The notes under the pieces: generated by a model
The model's database searches: none
Told to the model about the DNA's origin: nothing
Seen by the model: only the letters and a program-made list of their open reading frames with translations
Assembly (NCBI GenBank): GCA_022842935.1
Contig: JALHOP010000007.1
Span: forward strand, 77,592-141,591
DNA from: Myxococcota bacterium
GTDB lineage: Bacteria; Myxococcota; XYA12-FULL-58-9; JALHOP01
Direction: 5' to 3'
Length of the DNA stretch: 64,000 bases
Translations under genes and position numbers: made by a program
Part shown: one piece after another, positions 37,135-46,834 of the stretch
How positions within the stretch are numbered: position 1 is the first letter of the stretch
Layout of the letters: each line of letters opens with the position of its first letter

Positions 37135-39564
37135 GTGCGAGCGCGTCGAACCTGTGCGACACTGCTATCGATGAGGCGAAGGCTCACACTGTTCGCGCTG
37201 CTGTCTAGTTGCTCGGTCGATCTCCAGATCCCGGATGCTGCGGACATCGCCTGCGAGAGCGACGATGACTGCCCATCGGGCTTCATCTGCGATGTGCGCA
37301 GTCAGTGCCGCAGCCCGGAGGTCGCGGCGCGCGGTGTCCCCGGGTTCGACATTACTCCGACGACCGTCACCGTCGGGGAGTCCGGCACGCCGACGGTCGT
37401 TAACGTGCGCCTCACCGCGCAGCCGACCGCGGCGGTCACTCTCGTGCTCGCGCCCGATGACGGCAGCGAAGCGTTCATCTCCAAGAATGTGCTGACGTTT
37501 ACACCGGAAAACTACAACATCGCTCAAGCAGTCACGGTCGTCGGCGAGCGCGACTGCCTCGCGGACGGGCCCATCGTCTCGCACATCCTGATTTCTCCGG
37601 CCCAGAGTCTGGACCCCGACTACAACGGCCTCGACGCGCCAGATCTGGAAGTCACCACCAACGACGACGTGCCTTCCGCGGGGATCGTGGTTACGCCTCC
37701 CAGCGGCCTCGAGACCAACGAGAGCGGCAACGTGACCCAGTTCACCGTCGTCGTCGCTTGTAAGCCCACGGCGGACGTTCATTTTACCCTGGCGTCGACG
37801 GACGAAACCGAAGGCACCATCACCACGACTGAGCTCACTTTCACGCCTGACAACTGGGCGGTCCCGCGCGTCATCAACGTAGCGGGCAAGGGTGACTGCG
37901 AAACCGACGGTGACGTCACCTATGCCGTCGATCTCGGTAGGGTCGCGAGCGACGACCCGCTCTACGCGGGCATCGATGCGCCGAACGTCGAGCTCGTCAA
38001 TCGTGACGTTGTTTTCGGGCGGGTCAACGTCTCGCCCAACAACGGCCTGCGGACCACCGAAGGCGGCGGGCAAGCGACGTTCTCGGTGACGCTCACTTGC
38101 GCGCCGAGCGCCAATGTCATCGTGCCGATTGGCACAGGTGACGGAAGCGAAGGCACTCCGGGCGCGACGACGAGCCTCACGTTTACTCCGGCCAACTGGG
38201 GCGAGCCGCAAGCGGTCATCATCACCGGCGTAAATGACTTCTACGACGACGGTAACATTGCGTACGCCATCACCACCGGCACGCTCAATAGCACCGACCT
38301 TGGCTTCAATGGGCTCGATCCTGTCGATGTCAGCGTTACCAACGAAGACGACGACACAGCGAGCGTCACCGTGACCCCGACCACCGGTCTGCACACGACC
38401 GAAGCCGCGGGCACGGCGCAGTTCAGCATTCAGCTCGGGGCCGAGCCCCTATCACCCGTGCAGATCGCCATCGCCAGCACCGACACAGCCGAAGGGACCG
38501 TCGTCGGCACCACGGTGACGATCGCCGACCGCAATCCACGTTTCATCACCATCACCGGCGTGAACGACCCGGTCGACGACGACAACAAGAGTTACACCAT
38601 CACGCTGGGCGACATCGTCAGCAGCGACCCCGCCTTTAGCGGCATGGCGGTGCCCGACGTCGCAGTCATCAACGACGACGACGACACCGCGGGATTCACG
38701 CGCTGGGAGAACGCTGTATACGTCACCGAGGCGGGCAGCACCGCGGACGTGCGGCTCAGTCTCGCCTCGAGGCCGAGCGCCGACGTCAATTGCGTGGTCG
38801 ACGACACGTTCAACGACAACGAGATCCGTGTGGGCACTACCGGTTCGGTGAACGTGACGTTTACGCCGGTGACCTACGGCCTGTTGCAGTCGGTGACCGT
38901 GACGGGGGTGAACGACGGCGTCGCTGATGGCCTCTCGAATCCGTTGCCTTCGGTCCGTACCCAGTGCACGTCCGCGGACCCAAAGTACAACGGCATGCAA
39001 TACTACGTGACAGCCTACACCATCGAGCCGGCCAGCTCGCGGCGCGTCTACCAGACCGCAACAGCGGGCTACACCGGCAATCAGATCGCGATCACCACGG
39101 CTGACACCATTTGTCAGAACAACAACCCCATCGGCAGCGGCACCTGGAAGGCGATGCTCACCTCGTCGGATCCTACGGCGCCATCGGCGTTGCGGCGCGC
39201 CTGCACGACGCCCAACTGTGTCAGCAGTAGTGAGAATCAAAACTGGGTCTTCAGGCCGGCCTTCACGTATTACTGGTCCGGTGTGAACGGCATCGTCGGC
39301 ACGACGAACGCCGCTGGCATCTTCACCGGCATGATCGATGGCACACCGCCTAGCTCGGGCACCGCAGGTTTCGCTGGCTACTGGACCGGCATGAGCGCCG
39401 ATTTCACGAACAACGCCAATTGCAACAATTGGTCGACCACCAGCGGCACGGGGTCGGTTGGTCTCGACCGCCAGTCCACTGTCGGCAACACATTCGGCTG
39501 GAATCCGGGCATCGCCACCTTCGACTGCACCCAGACCCATCAGCTGCTGTGCATCGAGCAGTGA
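37135..39564 (+). CDS. lipoprotein with roughly six tandem 95-aa Ig-like repeats and a C-terminal C-type-lectin-like domain
   Basis: Lipobox LFALLSSC. Repeating unit VTPxxGLxTxExGxxAxFxVxL...LTFTPxNWxxPQxVxVxGxxD. The C-terminus ...WNPGIATFDCTQTHQLLCIEQ resembles the end of C-type lectin folds. Confidence 0.6.
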   Translation: MRARRTCATLLSMRRRLTLFALLSSCSVDLQIPDAADIACESDDDCPSGFICDVRSQCRSPEVAARGVPGFDITPTTVTVGESGTPTVVNVRLTAQPTAAVTLVLAPDDGSEAFISKNVLTFTPENYNIAQAVTVVGERDCLADGPIVSHILISPAQSLDPDYNGLDAPDLEVTTNDDVPSAGIVVTPPSGLETNESGNVTQFTVVVACKPTADVHFTLASTDETEGTITTTELTFTPDNWAVPRVINVAGKGDCETDGDVTYAVDLGRVASDDPLYAGIDAPNVELVNRDVVFGRVNVSPNNGLRTTEGGGQATFSVTLTCAPSANVIVPIGTGDGSEGTPGATTSLTFTPANWGEPQAVIITGVNDFYDDGNIAYAITTGTLNSTDLGFNGLDPVDVSVTNEDDDTASVTVTPTTGLHTTEAAGTAQFSIQLGAEPLSPVQIAIASTDTAEGTVVGTTVTIADRNPRFITITGVNDPVDDDNKSYTITLGDIVSSDPAFSGMAVPDVAVINDDDDTAGFTRWENAVYVTEAGSTADVRLSLASRPSADVNCVVDDTFNDNEIRVGTTGSVNVTFTPVTYGLLQSVTVTGVNDGVADGLSNPLPSVRTQCTSADPKYNGMQYYVTAYTIEPASSRRVYQTATAGYTGNQIAITTADTICQNNNPIGSGTWKAMLTSSDPTAPSALRRACTTPNCVSSSENQNWVFRPAFTYYWSGVNGIVGTTNAAGIFTGMIDGTPPSSGTAGFAGYWTGMSADFTNNANCNNWSTTSGTGSVGLDRQSTVGNTFGWNPGIATFDCTQTHQLLCIEQ

Positions 39565-39705
39565 ACGGTGAGGGTCCCTCGGCGCCCGCGTTGCGCGAAC
39601 CGACGAGCCTCGGACCTGCTACGCCGACAGGGTAGGCACGGCAACCGCGTATAAACCCGCGCCGATACAGCACCACCTCAAACCTAGCGCTGGGAGTGGT
39701 GTGCC

Positions 39706-40413
39706 ATGCTTGAGCAGACGACAAATGCCGTGAGCGGCTGGAAAGACTTCCCGGTTTCGCGGCAAATCAAAGACGCCATCAGCGGACGCGATAAGGTCTC
39801 GTCGTCGAGTGATGACGTGCCCGCCGCGGAGCGTTGGCTCGCGTCCGCTCTAGCGTCCATGGGGTTCCGCAGCCAAGGCGCGGGCGTCGACGTCCTGTAT
39901 TTCCCCGCGACCAAGCAATCCAGCGCAACGCTTCGGTTTCACACTGAAGTCGCCGGTCCCGTTCAGGTCACCATCGACAACGTCGACCTGCGCCGCGGCA
40001 AGCTCAGCTTGAACGCCTACGATACGACCACGAAGCTCGCGTTGGCCTTCGTGGAGCGGGTCGTCGAACGGGTCATGAACGATACCAACGGGGCCAAGCA
40101 GGCCTTCACCATCAGCCTTCGTCCGATGGGCCACTACCCCGATATGTCCGTCGCATTCTTCGCGCAGTCGTTGAACAAGCAGTTCGACTACGTCTTCGAC
40201 GATCGATCGAGCTCTGGCACGGCGAACGCCAACTGGAACGGCGTCCTCGCTGTGACGCGCGGCGGCAAGCTCGTCGACGAAGCCAGCATCTTGAAGCAGG
40301 TCCAGGGTTTCGTGGCGGAAGTGCTGAAAAAAGATGCCGCGATCACCAAGCGGCGGACCGTCAACGCGCTGTGGGGCTACACCATGAGCGACGCGGTCGA
40401 GCCCAAGAAATAG
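39706..40413 (+). CDS. hypothetical protein
   Basis: ORF with no signal peptide and no motif recognised. Confidence 0.45.
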   Translation: MLEQTTNAVSGWKDFPVSRQIKDAISGRDKVSSSSDDVPAAERWLASALASMGFRSQGAGVDVLYFPATKQSSATLRFHTEVAGPVQVTIDNVDLRRGKLSLNAYDTTTKLALAFVERVVERVMNDTNGAKQAFTISLRPMGHYPDMSVAFFAQSLNKQFDYVFDDRSSSGTANANWNGVLAVTRGGKLVDEASILKQVQGFVAEVLKKDAAITKRRTVNALWGYTMSDAVEPKK

Positions 40414-40486
40414 CCTCGATGAATACCCCCGCCCTGGGCGTCCGTCTTTGACGCTACGTTTTCGAGCTTTGAGACGGCTCTCGACC

Positions 40487-41407
40487 TTAGTCGGCTTCTA
40501 CATAGCCCTGCTTGAGCAGCTTGTGCACGTCCATGATGACCGCGTGGTCGGACCGCGGGTCCTTGTCGAGCACGTCTTGGTAGTGGTCGAAGTTCATGAT
40601 CGACTGCAGCGTGTCGAGCTCGCTCTTTGACAGGTCGGAGAGCCGCGGCATCATCGGAATGCTGACAATGAGCTTCGCTTCGCCCGCCGGCAGGTCTTTC
40701 TGGATGCGGCGGATCTCGTCGACCTGGCGTAGCGCTTCGATGAGCACGCTCTCGGTGTTCTCGGTGAAGTTCTCCGGGAACCGCATGCTCTCGTCGATAG
40801 GCTCGAGCTGGAACGAGCCGGCGCTCCACGTCATCATGCGCGCGATCGCCTTCATCGCTGGCAATGAGAGGCCCTTGATGACGGCAGACTGAAGCTGACC
40901 GTTCTTGATGTAAATCTGCCCGTTGTTCGGCCCCTTGATGGTCAAGGCGCCGGACTTGCGGTTGGTGGCGAACAGCTGCAGCAAGTCGGGCAGCGGCACC
41001 TCTTGCAGGTCGCCACTCATGGTCGTCGACTCGCCCGCGCGGTTGCCCAGAGCCTGCATCATGTCTTTGACGGACTTGGTGTCGCGGCGCCCCATGTCGA
41101 GCGTCATCTCGGATTCATCGATGAGCTTGAGGATCGACGTGCCGATGAGGATGCGGTCGTTGCGTTTGAGCTCGGCGCGGCGGATTTTTTCGCCGTTTAC
41201 GAAGGTGCCGTTGGTCGAGCCGAGGTCGGTGATCGACAGTTGGCCGCTTGCGACCGTGAGCTTTGCGTGTTTGCGCGACACCATGTCTTCGACGAGCACG
41301 AGGTCGAGGTCGCTTGCGCGCCCGATGAGCAACTCACCGTCATCGGGGATTGGAAACTCTCCGCCTACATATTTGCCGGAGATGAACTTGAAGGCGTTTT
41401 TACCCAT
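40487..41407 (-). CDS. FHA-domain protein with a C-terminal DUF4388-like domain
   Basis: FHA core (LLIGRASDLDLVLVEDMVSRKHAKL...TDLGSTNGTFVNGEKI). The C-terminal segment GALTIKGPNNGQIYIKNGQL is typical of DUF4388. Confidence 0.7.
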   Translation of the reverse strand: MGKNAFKFISGKYVGGEFPIPDDGELLIGRASDLDLVLVEDMVSRKHAKLTVASGQLSITDLGSTNGTFVNGEKIRRAELKRNDRILIGTSILKLIDESEMTLDMGRRDTKSVKDMMQALGNRAGESTTMSGDLQEVPLPDLLQLFATNRKSGALTIKGPNNGQIYIKNGQLQSAVIKGLSLPAMKAIARMMTWSAGSFQLEPIDESMRFPENFTENTESVLIEALRQVDEIRRIQKDLPAGEAKLIVSIPMMPRLSDLSKSELDTLQSIMNFDHYQDVLDKDPRSDHAVIMDVHKLLKQGYVEAD

Positions 41408-41431
41408 GATCGATCGCGTGCCGTCCTAACC

Positions 41432-42175
41432 CTACGTGCTCGCCGGCACCAGCTTCAAGTACATTGCTGCGCGAGCATTACCGGGTTCTTTGGCCAGCAC
41501 TTCCTTCCATTCGGCGATGGCTTCGGGGAGCTTACCCATCGAGTAGTGGCACACGCCCAGGAGCACGCGTGCCGGAGTGTACGCCGGCCGGTCGACCAGC
41601 GCTTGTTGCAGGTGTGCCACGGCGTCGTTCATTTGTCCGGTATCGCGGAGCGCCGAGGCGAGCCGCGTGCGGATGTCGGCGAAGGTCGGACGCAGCTCGA
41701 TGGCCTTGTGGTATTCCATGATGCCGCGCTCGGGATGGCCAGCAGAGCAATAGGCGTCCGCGATCTCGGCATGCATGTTGGCGATCTTGCCCGCGACGAA
41801 CGGGTCGAGCTCGCCGGTCTGAACACGGCTGTTAACCAGCGCCTTTTTGTAGATGTCTTTCGCCTCGTTGTACTTGCCGAGGTCGTTGTAGAGGACCGCG
41901 AGGTTCAGGGCCGCTTCAGTGTAAGCTGGGTTGAGCGCCAGGGCGCGTTCGAGCGCACCTTGCGCTTTCGAGAACTGGCCCATGTCGTGATAGACGACGC
42001 CGAGCATGTTGTAGACGTCGGCGAAGCTCTGGCTCTTTTCGACGACCTGCTCGAGGTAGGCGCGCGCTCCCGGGAAGTCGCGCTTCAGGTAGTACTCTTT
42101 GCCGAGGTTGAGCAGTTGGCGGAGCTGTTCGTCCATGGATTGACCTATGGTCGTCTCAACCCGAGTACCGGTCAA
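41432..42175 (-). CDS. TPR-repeat protein
   Basis: Six to seven tetratricopeptide repeats ([17 protein letters not shown]..., [22 protein letters not shown]...). Confidence 0.6.
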   Translation of the reverse strand: MTGTRVETTIGQSMDEQLRQLLNLGKEYYLKRDFPGARAYLEQVVEKSQSFADVYNMLGVVYHDMGQFSKAQGALERALALNPAYTEAALNLAVLYNDLGKYNEAKDIYKKALVNSRVQTGELDPFVAGKIANMHAEIADAYCSAGHPERGIMEYHKAIELRPTFADIRTRLASALRDTGQMNDAVAHLQQALVDRPAYTPARVLLGVCHYSMGKLPEAIAEWKEVLAKEPGNARAAMYLKLVPAST

Positions 42176-42220
42176 CTATTCGCGTCGATTTGCTGCGCTG
42201 TCGACCGCGTAGCCGCGAAT

Positions 42221-43135
42221 CTATCGCGGCGGGTTCGCGCGGGGGGGCTGGTTGCCGGTGGCCGTCGCCGATGGCGCAGGATTGGCCACATCGCTCCCAG
42301 CTGGGCTCTTGGCACTGGCTTGGTCGGTAGCCTTGTCGTCGAGCTTGCTCTTGTTCATCTCCTCTAAAACGGACTTGGCCTTGCCGGCCTCGGGCGAGTC
42401 GGCGAATTCGGTTTCGAGCTTGGTCAAGTGGACACGGGCCTCCACCAGCTCTTTGGTGAAGTAGCGCGAGTTACCAGCGATCCAGAGCGCTTCGGGGTCG
42501 AGACCGAGGCCGTTGTAGTCGCGCAACACACCCTCGGCACGCACGGCCGAAGCCATCCACTTCTCGCGCTTGAAGTAGAAGCGGGCGACGTACATTTCGT
42601 GGTCGGCGAGCTTCTTGCGGCACTGATTGAGCTTGTCCTGCGCTTTCTCCGCATACTCGGAGGTGGGATACCGCGCGAGCATGTCCCGGAACGCCGAGAT
42701 CGCGAGCTTGGTCTGGGCCTGGTCCTTTTCGGCGGAGGGCGGCAAAAAGAAAAAGTCGCCCGGGATTTGCTGCTGGTAGGCGTCGGCGATGCGGAACATG
42801 GCGTAGGGCGCTTCCGAGTGCGTCGGATGGTACTTCAGGAAGTTCCGGTAGGCATCGACCGCCTCTACGTACGCCTGCCGCTCGAAGTGCACGTCGGCGA
42901 TGCGCAGGTCGGAGAGCGCCGCGTACTTCGAATAGGGGAAGCGGGCCTTGATGGTCTCGAAGGCGTCGAGCGCCTCGGGATAGAGCCCGTCTTTCAGGTC
43001 GGTGACGGCCTGCGCGTACATATCGTCGACTGTCTTGACCGCGGCTCGGCCGCCCGTCGTGGCGCAGGAAAGTGGAGCCAGGAGGAGGAAAAAGCTCGCG
43101 ACCTGCAGGGCTCGCGGAAAAAAGATGCGTCGCAT
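42221..43135 (-). CDS. bamD: outer-membrane protein assembly factor BamD-like lipoprotein
   Basis: Signal peptide and lipobox (LLLAPLSCAT). BamD/YfiO-type TPR arrangement (YAQAVTDLKDGLYPEALDAFETIKARFPYSKYA...). Start at the internal Met MRRIFF. The ORF-track frame begins 47 codons further upstream (43276). Confidence 0.65.
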   Translation of the reverse strand: MRRIFFPRALQVASFFLLLAPLSCATTGGRAAVKTVDDMYAQAVTDLKDGLYPEALDAFETIKARFPYSKYAALSDLRIADVHFERQAYVEAVDAYRNFLKYHPTHSEAPYAMFRIADAYQQQIPGDFFFLPPSAEKDQAQTKLAISAFRDMLARYPTSEYAEKAQDKLNQCRKKLADHEMYVARFYFKREKWMASAVRAEGVLRDYNGLGLDPEALWIAGNSRYFTKELVEARVHLTKLETEFADSPEAGKAKSVLEEMNKSKLDDKATDQASAKSPAGSDVANPAPSATATGNQPPRANPPR

Positions 43136-43211
43136 GTGGGACCTTCGGATACGATAGCATGCGTTCAAGATTCTTGAACAGCACGCCGACTTCGGAGAGA
43201 ACACCAACCCT

Positions 43212-45653
43212 ATGGCACGTGACATCCACGAGCTTGAGGTCGAGTTCGCTAAGAACCCGAACCTCGACGCGTGCATACCTCTTTGCGAGGCCTACCTCGG
43301 CGCCAAGCGCTTCATGGAAGCGATGGTCGTCTGCAAGAAGGGCATCAAGACTGCCCCGGACGACGTGCGTGGCCCAATCATGCTGGCCCGCATTTACCTC
43401 GAGCAGGGGAAAGCACCCAAGGCCGAGCAAGAGCTCGCGGGAGCCGTCCAGAAGTTCCCCAACAATCCGTTTCTCCTCGAGATCCAGGGACGGATGTTCC
43501 TGGAGCTGGGAAGGCGCGATGAGGGCATTCGCGCGCTCACCCAAGCGCTGACGGTCAACCCCAACCTCCCGCAAGCGCAAGCCATGTTGCGCCAGCTTGG
43601 CGTGCCGCTACCGCAGCAGCAGCCGGCAGCTCCGCCTCCCCAGGCGGCCCCGCCGCAGCAAGCGCCCGTGCAGCAGCAGCGACCGCCCCAGCAGGTCGCT
43701 CAGCAGGCCGCTCCTCAGCAGCAGCCAGCGCAGCAGCAACGTCCGCCCCAACAACAAGCGGCGCCGCCCGGTTTTCAGCCGCAGCAGATGCCGCCGCCGG
43801 TCCAGCAGCGTCCACCACAGGGAGCGCCGCCACCTCGTCCGGCCACCGGCCCCGCGCCTGGTCCGGGCCCGCAGCAGGCGGTGGCGCAAGCCCCGCAACA
43901 GGTCGCGCAGCCACAGCCTGCGCCGCCGATGCCGGTCTACTCCGACACGCCATCGCAGCCCGAGAAGCAGCTCGAGCACGTCAACGACTTCTTCGCCCCT
44001 GACACCCTGGGCTTCGCGAATGACTCGGCCATCGAGACGGCTGGCCCCGGCCGCCTGACCATCTTGGGCTTCGTTCCGAAGACGACGGGCTCCATCAAGA
44101 CGACCATCATGGTTGCGCTCGGCGTGCTCGCGGTGGCCATGGCTTGGATGGGCTACCAGTGGCACCACTCCACGCAAGAGAAGAAGCTTGCCGCGGTCAT
44201 CCGCGACGTGCGCGCGGCGATCGACGACGACACCTACGTGCGTTACCTCGAAGCGGCCAAACGCGGCGAAGATGCGATGAACATCGACGACGGGTCGCCG
44301 ATCGCGCTGTCCACTTTAGCGTACGCCAACGCAGTGCTTGCGGTCGATCACCAAATCCCAGAGGTCGTCGACAAGGCGCGCAACTATCTCGAGCGAGCCG
44401 ACAAGGCGGGCGGCGACGAGAGCGCGTATCGCATCGCGGCTCGCGCGCTGATGTCGTACTACGACAAGAGCTACGACGTCGGCATCTCGGCCGTGAAGAA
44501 GATGCAGGATCGCAACATCAACGATCCGAAGATCGAGGTCGAAGCCTTCCGCCTGTTGCTCGCCTCGAAGCCCTCCGACAAAGACACCCAGATCCAGGAG
44601 CGCCGCCTTCTCGGCATCGCCGCCGGTAGTGTCCGGGCCCAGAACTTCCTTGGCTGGTACTACTACATTCGCGACAACTGGGAAGGCGCGGACGCCAAGT
44701 TCGCGGGCGCTTTGCAGAGCAACCGCAATCACCCGCAGGCTCTCATTGGCAAGTCGCTCGTCGACCTCGACCGTGGCATCGGCTTGAAGGAGCGGCAGCT
44801 CGAGATCGAGGCGAACATCAAGAAGGTCTTCGCGCAGGAGGAAGACCTATCGCAGCCCATCAAGGCCCTAGCGTACTTCGCTCGCTCGCAGCTCTTGCAG
44901 TTCCAGAACAAACACGCCGAAGCGGACACCGACTTCAAGAAAGCGCAGCAGCTCGACCCCCAGAACCCCATCTTCGACTATCGCCGTGGCGTCTCGTTGC
45001 TCGCCTTGAAGAAGAACAGCGAAGCCCTCGACGCGCTCAAGCGAGCAGCCTCCAAGGCGCCGAACGACCCGCGCTACTTCAAGCGCTTGGCCGAGGCGCA
45101 ATCGGCTACCGGGGATGCAGCGGGTGCAAAAGCCTCTCTCGAGCGTGCGCAACAACTTGCGCCCAACGACTTCGAGGTCCGGCTCCTCGAGGGCACGCGT
45201 CTTCGCGCTCAGCGGCAATACGATGCCGCCATCGCCGCTTACGAAGGCATCCCGCGTGAGCTCGGCCCCGAGGCGTTTTCTCGGGCGCAGATGGGTATTT
45301 CGCAGGCGCTGCGCGAGTCGGGCCGCCCCGCCAAGGCCGTCAAGCAAATGATGGACTACCTGAGCAAGCTGCCGTCGGGTACGTCGAAGCCGCTGCTCGC
45401 TCAGAGCTGGTGCGAGCTTGGCCAGGCGCACGAGGCCAACAAGGACAACGATGGTGCGATGACGGCCTACCAGACCGGCATCGACGAATACATGTACGAT
45501 CCGAACTGCCACTACTTCTATTGCCGAGCCTTGGGTGGCGGCGGCGAGGCGAAGCAGCAGTGCGAGCTCTACGTGACGCTCGCTCCCAACGGCGAGCATG
45601 TCGCTGACGCCAAGCGACGCGCTAGCGGTGGCGGGAAGGCCCCCCAAGAGTAG
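43212..45653 (+). CDS. membrane-anchored TPR protein with a Pro/Gln-rich low-complexity linker
   Basis: N-terminal TPRs, a PQ-rich tract of roughly 120 aa, one transmembrane helix (IMVALGVLAVAMAWMGYQW) and a long TPR region. Confidence 0.6.
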   Translation: MARDIHELEVEFAKNPNLDACIPLCEAYLGAKRFMEAMVVCKKGIKTAPDDVRGPIMLARIYLEQGKAPKAEQELAGAVQKFPNNPFLLEIQGRMFLELGRRDEGIRALTQALTVNPNLPQAQAMLRQLGVPLPQQQPAAPPPQAAPPQQAPVQQQRPPQQVAQQAAPQQQPAQQQRPPQQQAAPPGFQPQQMPPPVQQRPPQGAPPPRPATGPAPGPGPQQAVAQAPQQVAQPQPAPPMPVYSDTPSQPEKQLEHVNDFFAPDTLGFANDSAIETAGPGRLTILGFVPKTTGSIKTTIMVALGVLAVAMAWMGYQWHHSTQEKKLAAVIRDVRAAIDDDTYVRYLEAAKRGEDAMNIDDGSPIALSTLAYANAVLAVDHQIPEVVDKARNYLERADKAGGDESAYRIAARALMSYYDKSYDVGISAVKKMQDRNINDPKIEVEAFRLLLASKPSDKDTQIQERRLLGIAAGSVRAQNFLGWYYYIRDNWEGADAKFAGALQSNRNHPQALIGKSLVDLDRGIGLKERQLEIEANIKKVFAQEEDLSQPIKALAYFARSQLLQFQNKHAEADTDFKKAQQLDPQNPIFDYRRGVSLLALKKNSEALDALKRAASKAPNDPRYFKRLAEAQSATGDAAGAKASLERAQQLAPNDFEVRLLEGTRLRAQRQYDAAIAAYEGIPRELGPEAFSRAQMGISQALRESGRPAKAVKQMMDYLSKLPSGTSKPLLAQSWCELGQAHEANKDNDGAMTAYQTGIDEYMYDPNCHYFYCRALGGGGEAKQQCELYVTLAPNGEHVADAKRRASGGGKAPQE

Positions 45654-45698
45654 GCTCTTCGGGTGACCCGACGAGAGACCGCAAGCACGGGCTCTCTC

Positions 45699-46187
45699 TC
45701 AAGGTCCTGCGAATAGGCGTGCGAGCGTCGTCGATGGGTCGCGTCGTAGGGCCCTGTGGAAGAGCGCCGCGCCAGCTTGCCAGTCATCGCGCGCGCCATC
45801 GCTCGAGAGCCGCGCACTCGCGACACGTTCGAGAAACGCGAGGAGCGCGGCGACGACGACGGTGTCGTAGGGCTTCTGCGCTGTCTTGCAGGCGTCCCAG
45901 AACAAACCGTCCGCGTCTGGCTTGGCGTCGGCTCGATAGTCGCGGAAGCTGCGATGCACGATGAAGCTCTCATGTGCTTGCGAAAACAGCGCTGAGCCGT
46001 TGAAGGCTACCAGCGTAGGGCCCAAGACCGGCGCTCCGAAACCAGCCGATCCGCTAACGCGGATGCCACCGAATAGTCCCAGAAGTGGACGCGCGGTAGC
46101 GATGATGCGTCGTAGATCGCCGAGCCAGGCCTCGAACTCGGCTGCCGGGATATCCGCGGTGCGCGCCCAGGCGTGCGAGTAACCCAT
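45699..46187 (-). CDS. hypothetical protein
   Basis: ORF with coding-like composition. No motif. Confidence 0.4.
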   Translation of the reverse strand: MGYSHAWARTADIPAAEFEAWLGDLRRIIATARPLLGLFGGIRVSGSAGFGAPVLGPTLVAFNGSALFSQAHESFIVHRSFRDYRADAKPDADGLFWDACKTAQKPYDTVVVAALLAFLERVASARLSSDGARDDWQAGAALFHRALRRDPSTTLARLFAGP

Positions 46188-46193
46188 CGCTAC

Positions 46194-46661
46194 CTACCGC
46201 CGTCGGCTCTGCTTGCGGGTCATCGCCGCGAACACCGCGAGGGTCTCTTGACTTACGTGATGTTCGACTCCCTCTGCGTCGGTGTCCGCTGTAGCGGGTG
46301 ACACGCCAATGCTCACGAGAAAGTCGCGTACGATTCCGTGGCGAGCGCGCGAGCGAGCGGCGAGCGCGTGGCCCTTGTCGGTGAGGAAAATGGAGCGATA
46401 GCGCTTGGCGGTGACCAGCCCGTCGCGGGCGAGACGCCGGATGGTATTCGTGACGGTTGGCTGCGAGACGCCAAGGACCTGCGCGATGTGAACTGTGCGC
46501 GCCTCACCGTGCGCAGCAATGAGCTCGGCGATTAGCTCGACGTAGTCTTCGGCGACCTCTGTCTGACGGGCTTCGCGTGCGCGCACGTAGCGGTTCGGCA
46601 GAGAGCTGCCCTCCGAGCGCTTGCGCGGTTTGGCGGCTCTGCGCGGGCGGGGCGTGGTCAT
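46194..46661 (-). CDS. DtxR/MntR-family metal-dependent transcriptional regulator
   Basis: EDYVELIAELIAAHGEARTVHIAQVLGVSQPTVTNTIRRLARDGLV is the DtxR-type winged HTH. Start uncertain; Mets are available at 46661, 46727 and 46793. Confidence 0.65.
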   Translation of the reverse strand: MTTPRPRRAAKPRKRSEGSSLPNRYVRAREARQTEVAEDYVELIAELIAAHGEARTVHIAQVLGVSQPTVTNTIRRLARDGLVTAKRYRSIFLTDKGHALAARSRARHGIVRDFLVSIGVSPATADTDAEGVEHHVSQETLAVFAAMTRKQSRRR

Positions 46662-46834
46662 CGGCGGAAGAGAACCAGAGGGTGAGGGCAGCCGCAAGCG
46701 CGGGCGCTCTTGGCCTGCCCGCTTCATCGTCGTGGGCTCGTGAGACGACATAACTTTCACCTGCGTGCTTGGGCATCGTGCACCCGGCGCCACGCATCAC
46801 TCCGCTTGCTCAAGGGATTGAAAGTGAACGAAGC

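Noticed and set aside
37165-39540. 409-aa and 362-aa minus-strand ORFs inside the Ig-repeat lipoprotein gene
   Set aside because: Antisense to a gene with a clear repeated domain structure and lipoprotein signal. Arg/Gly/Asp-rich spurious translation.
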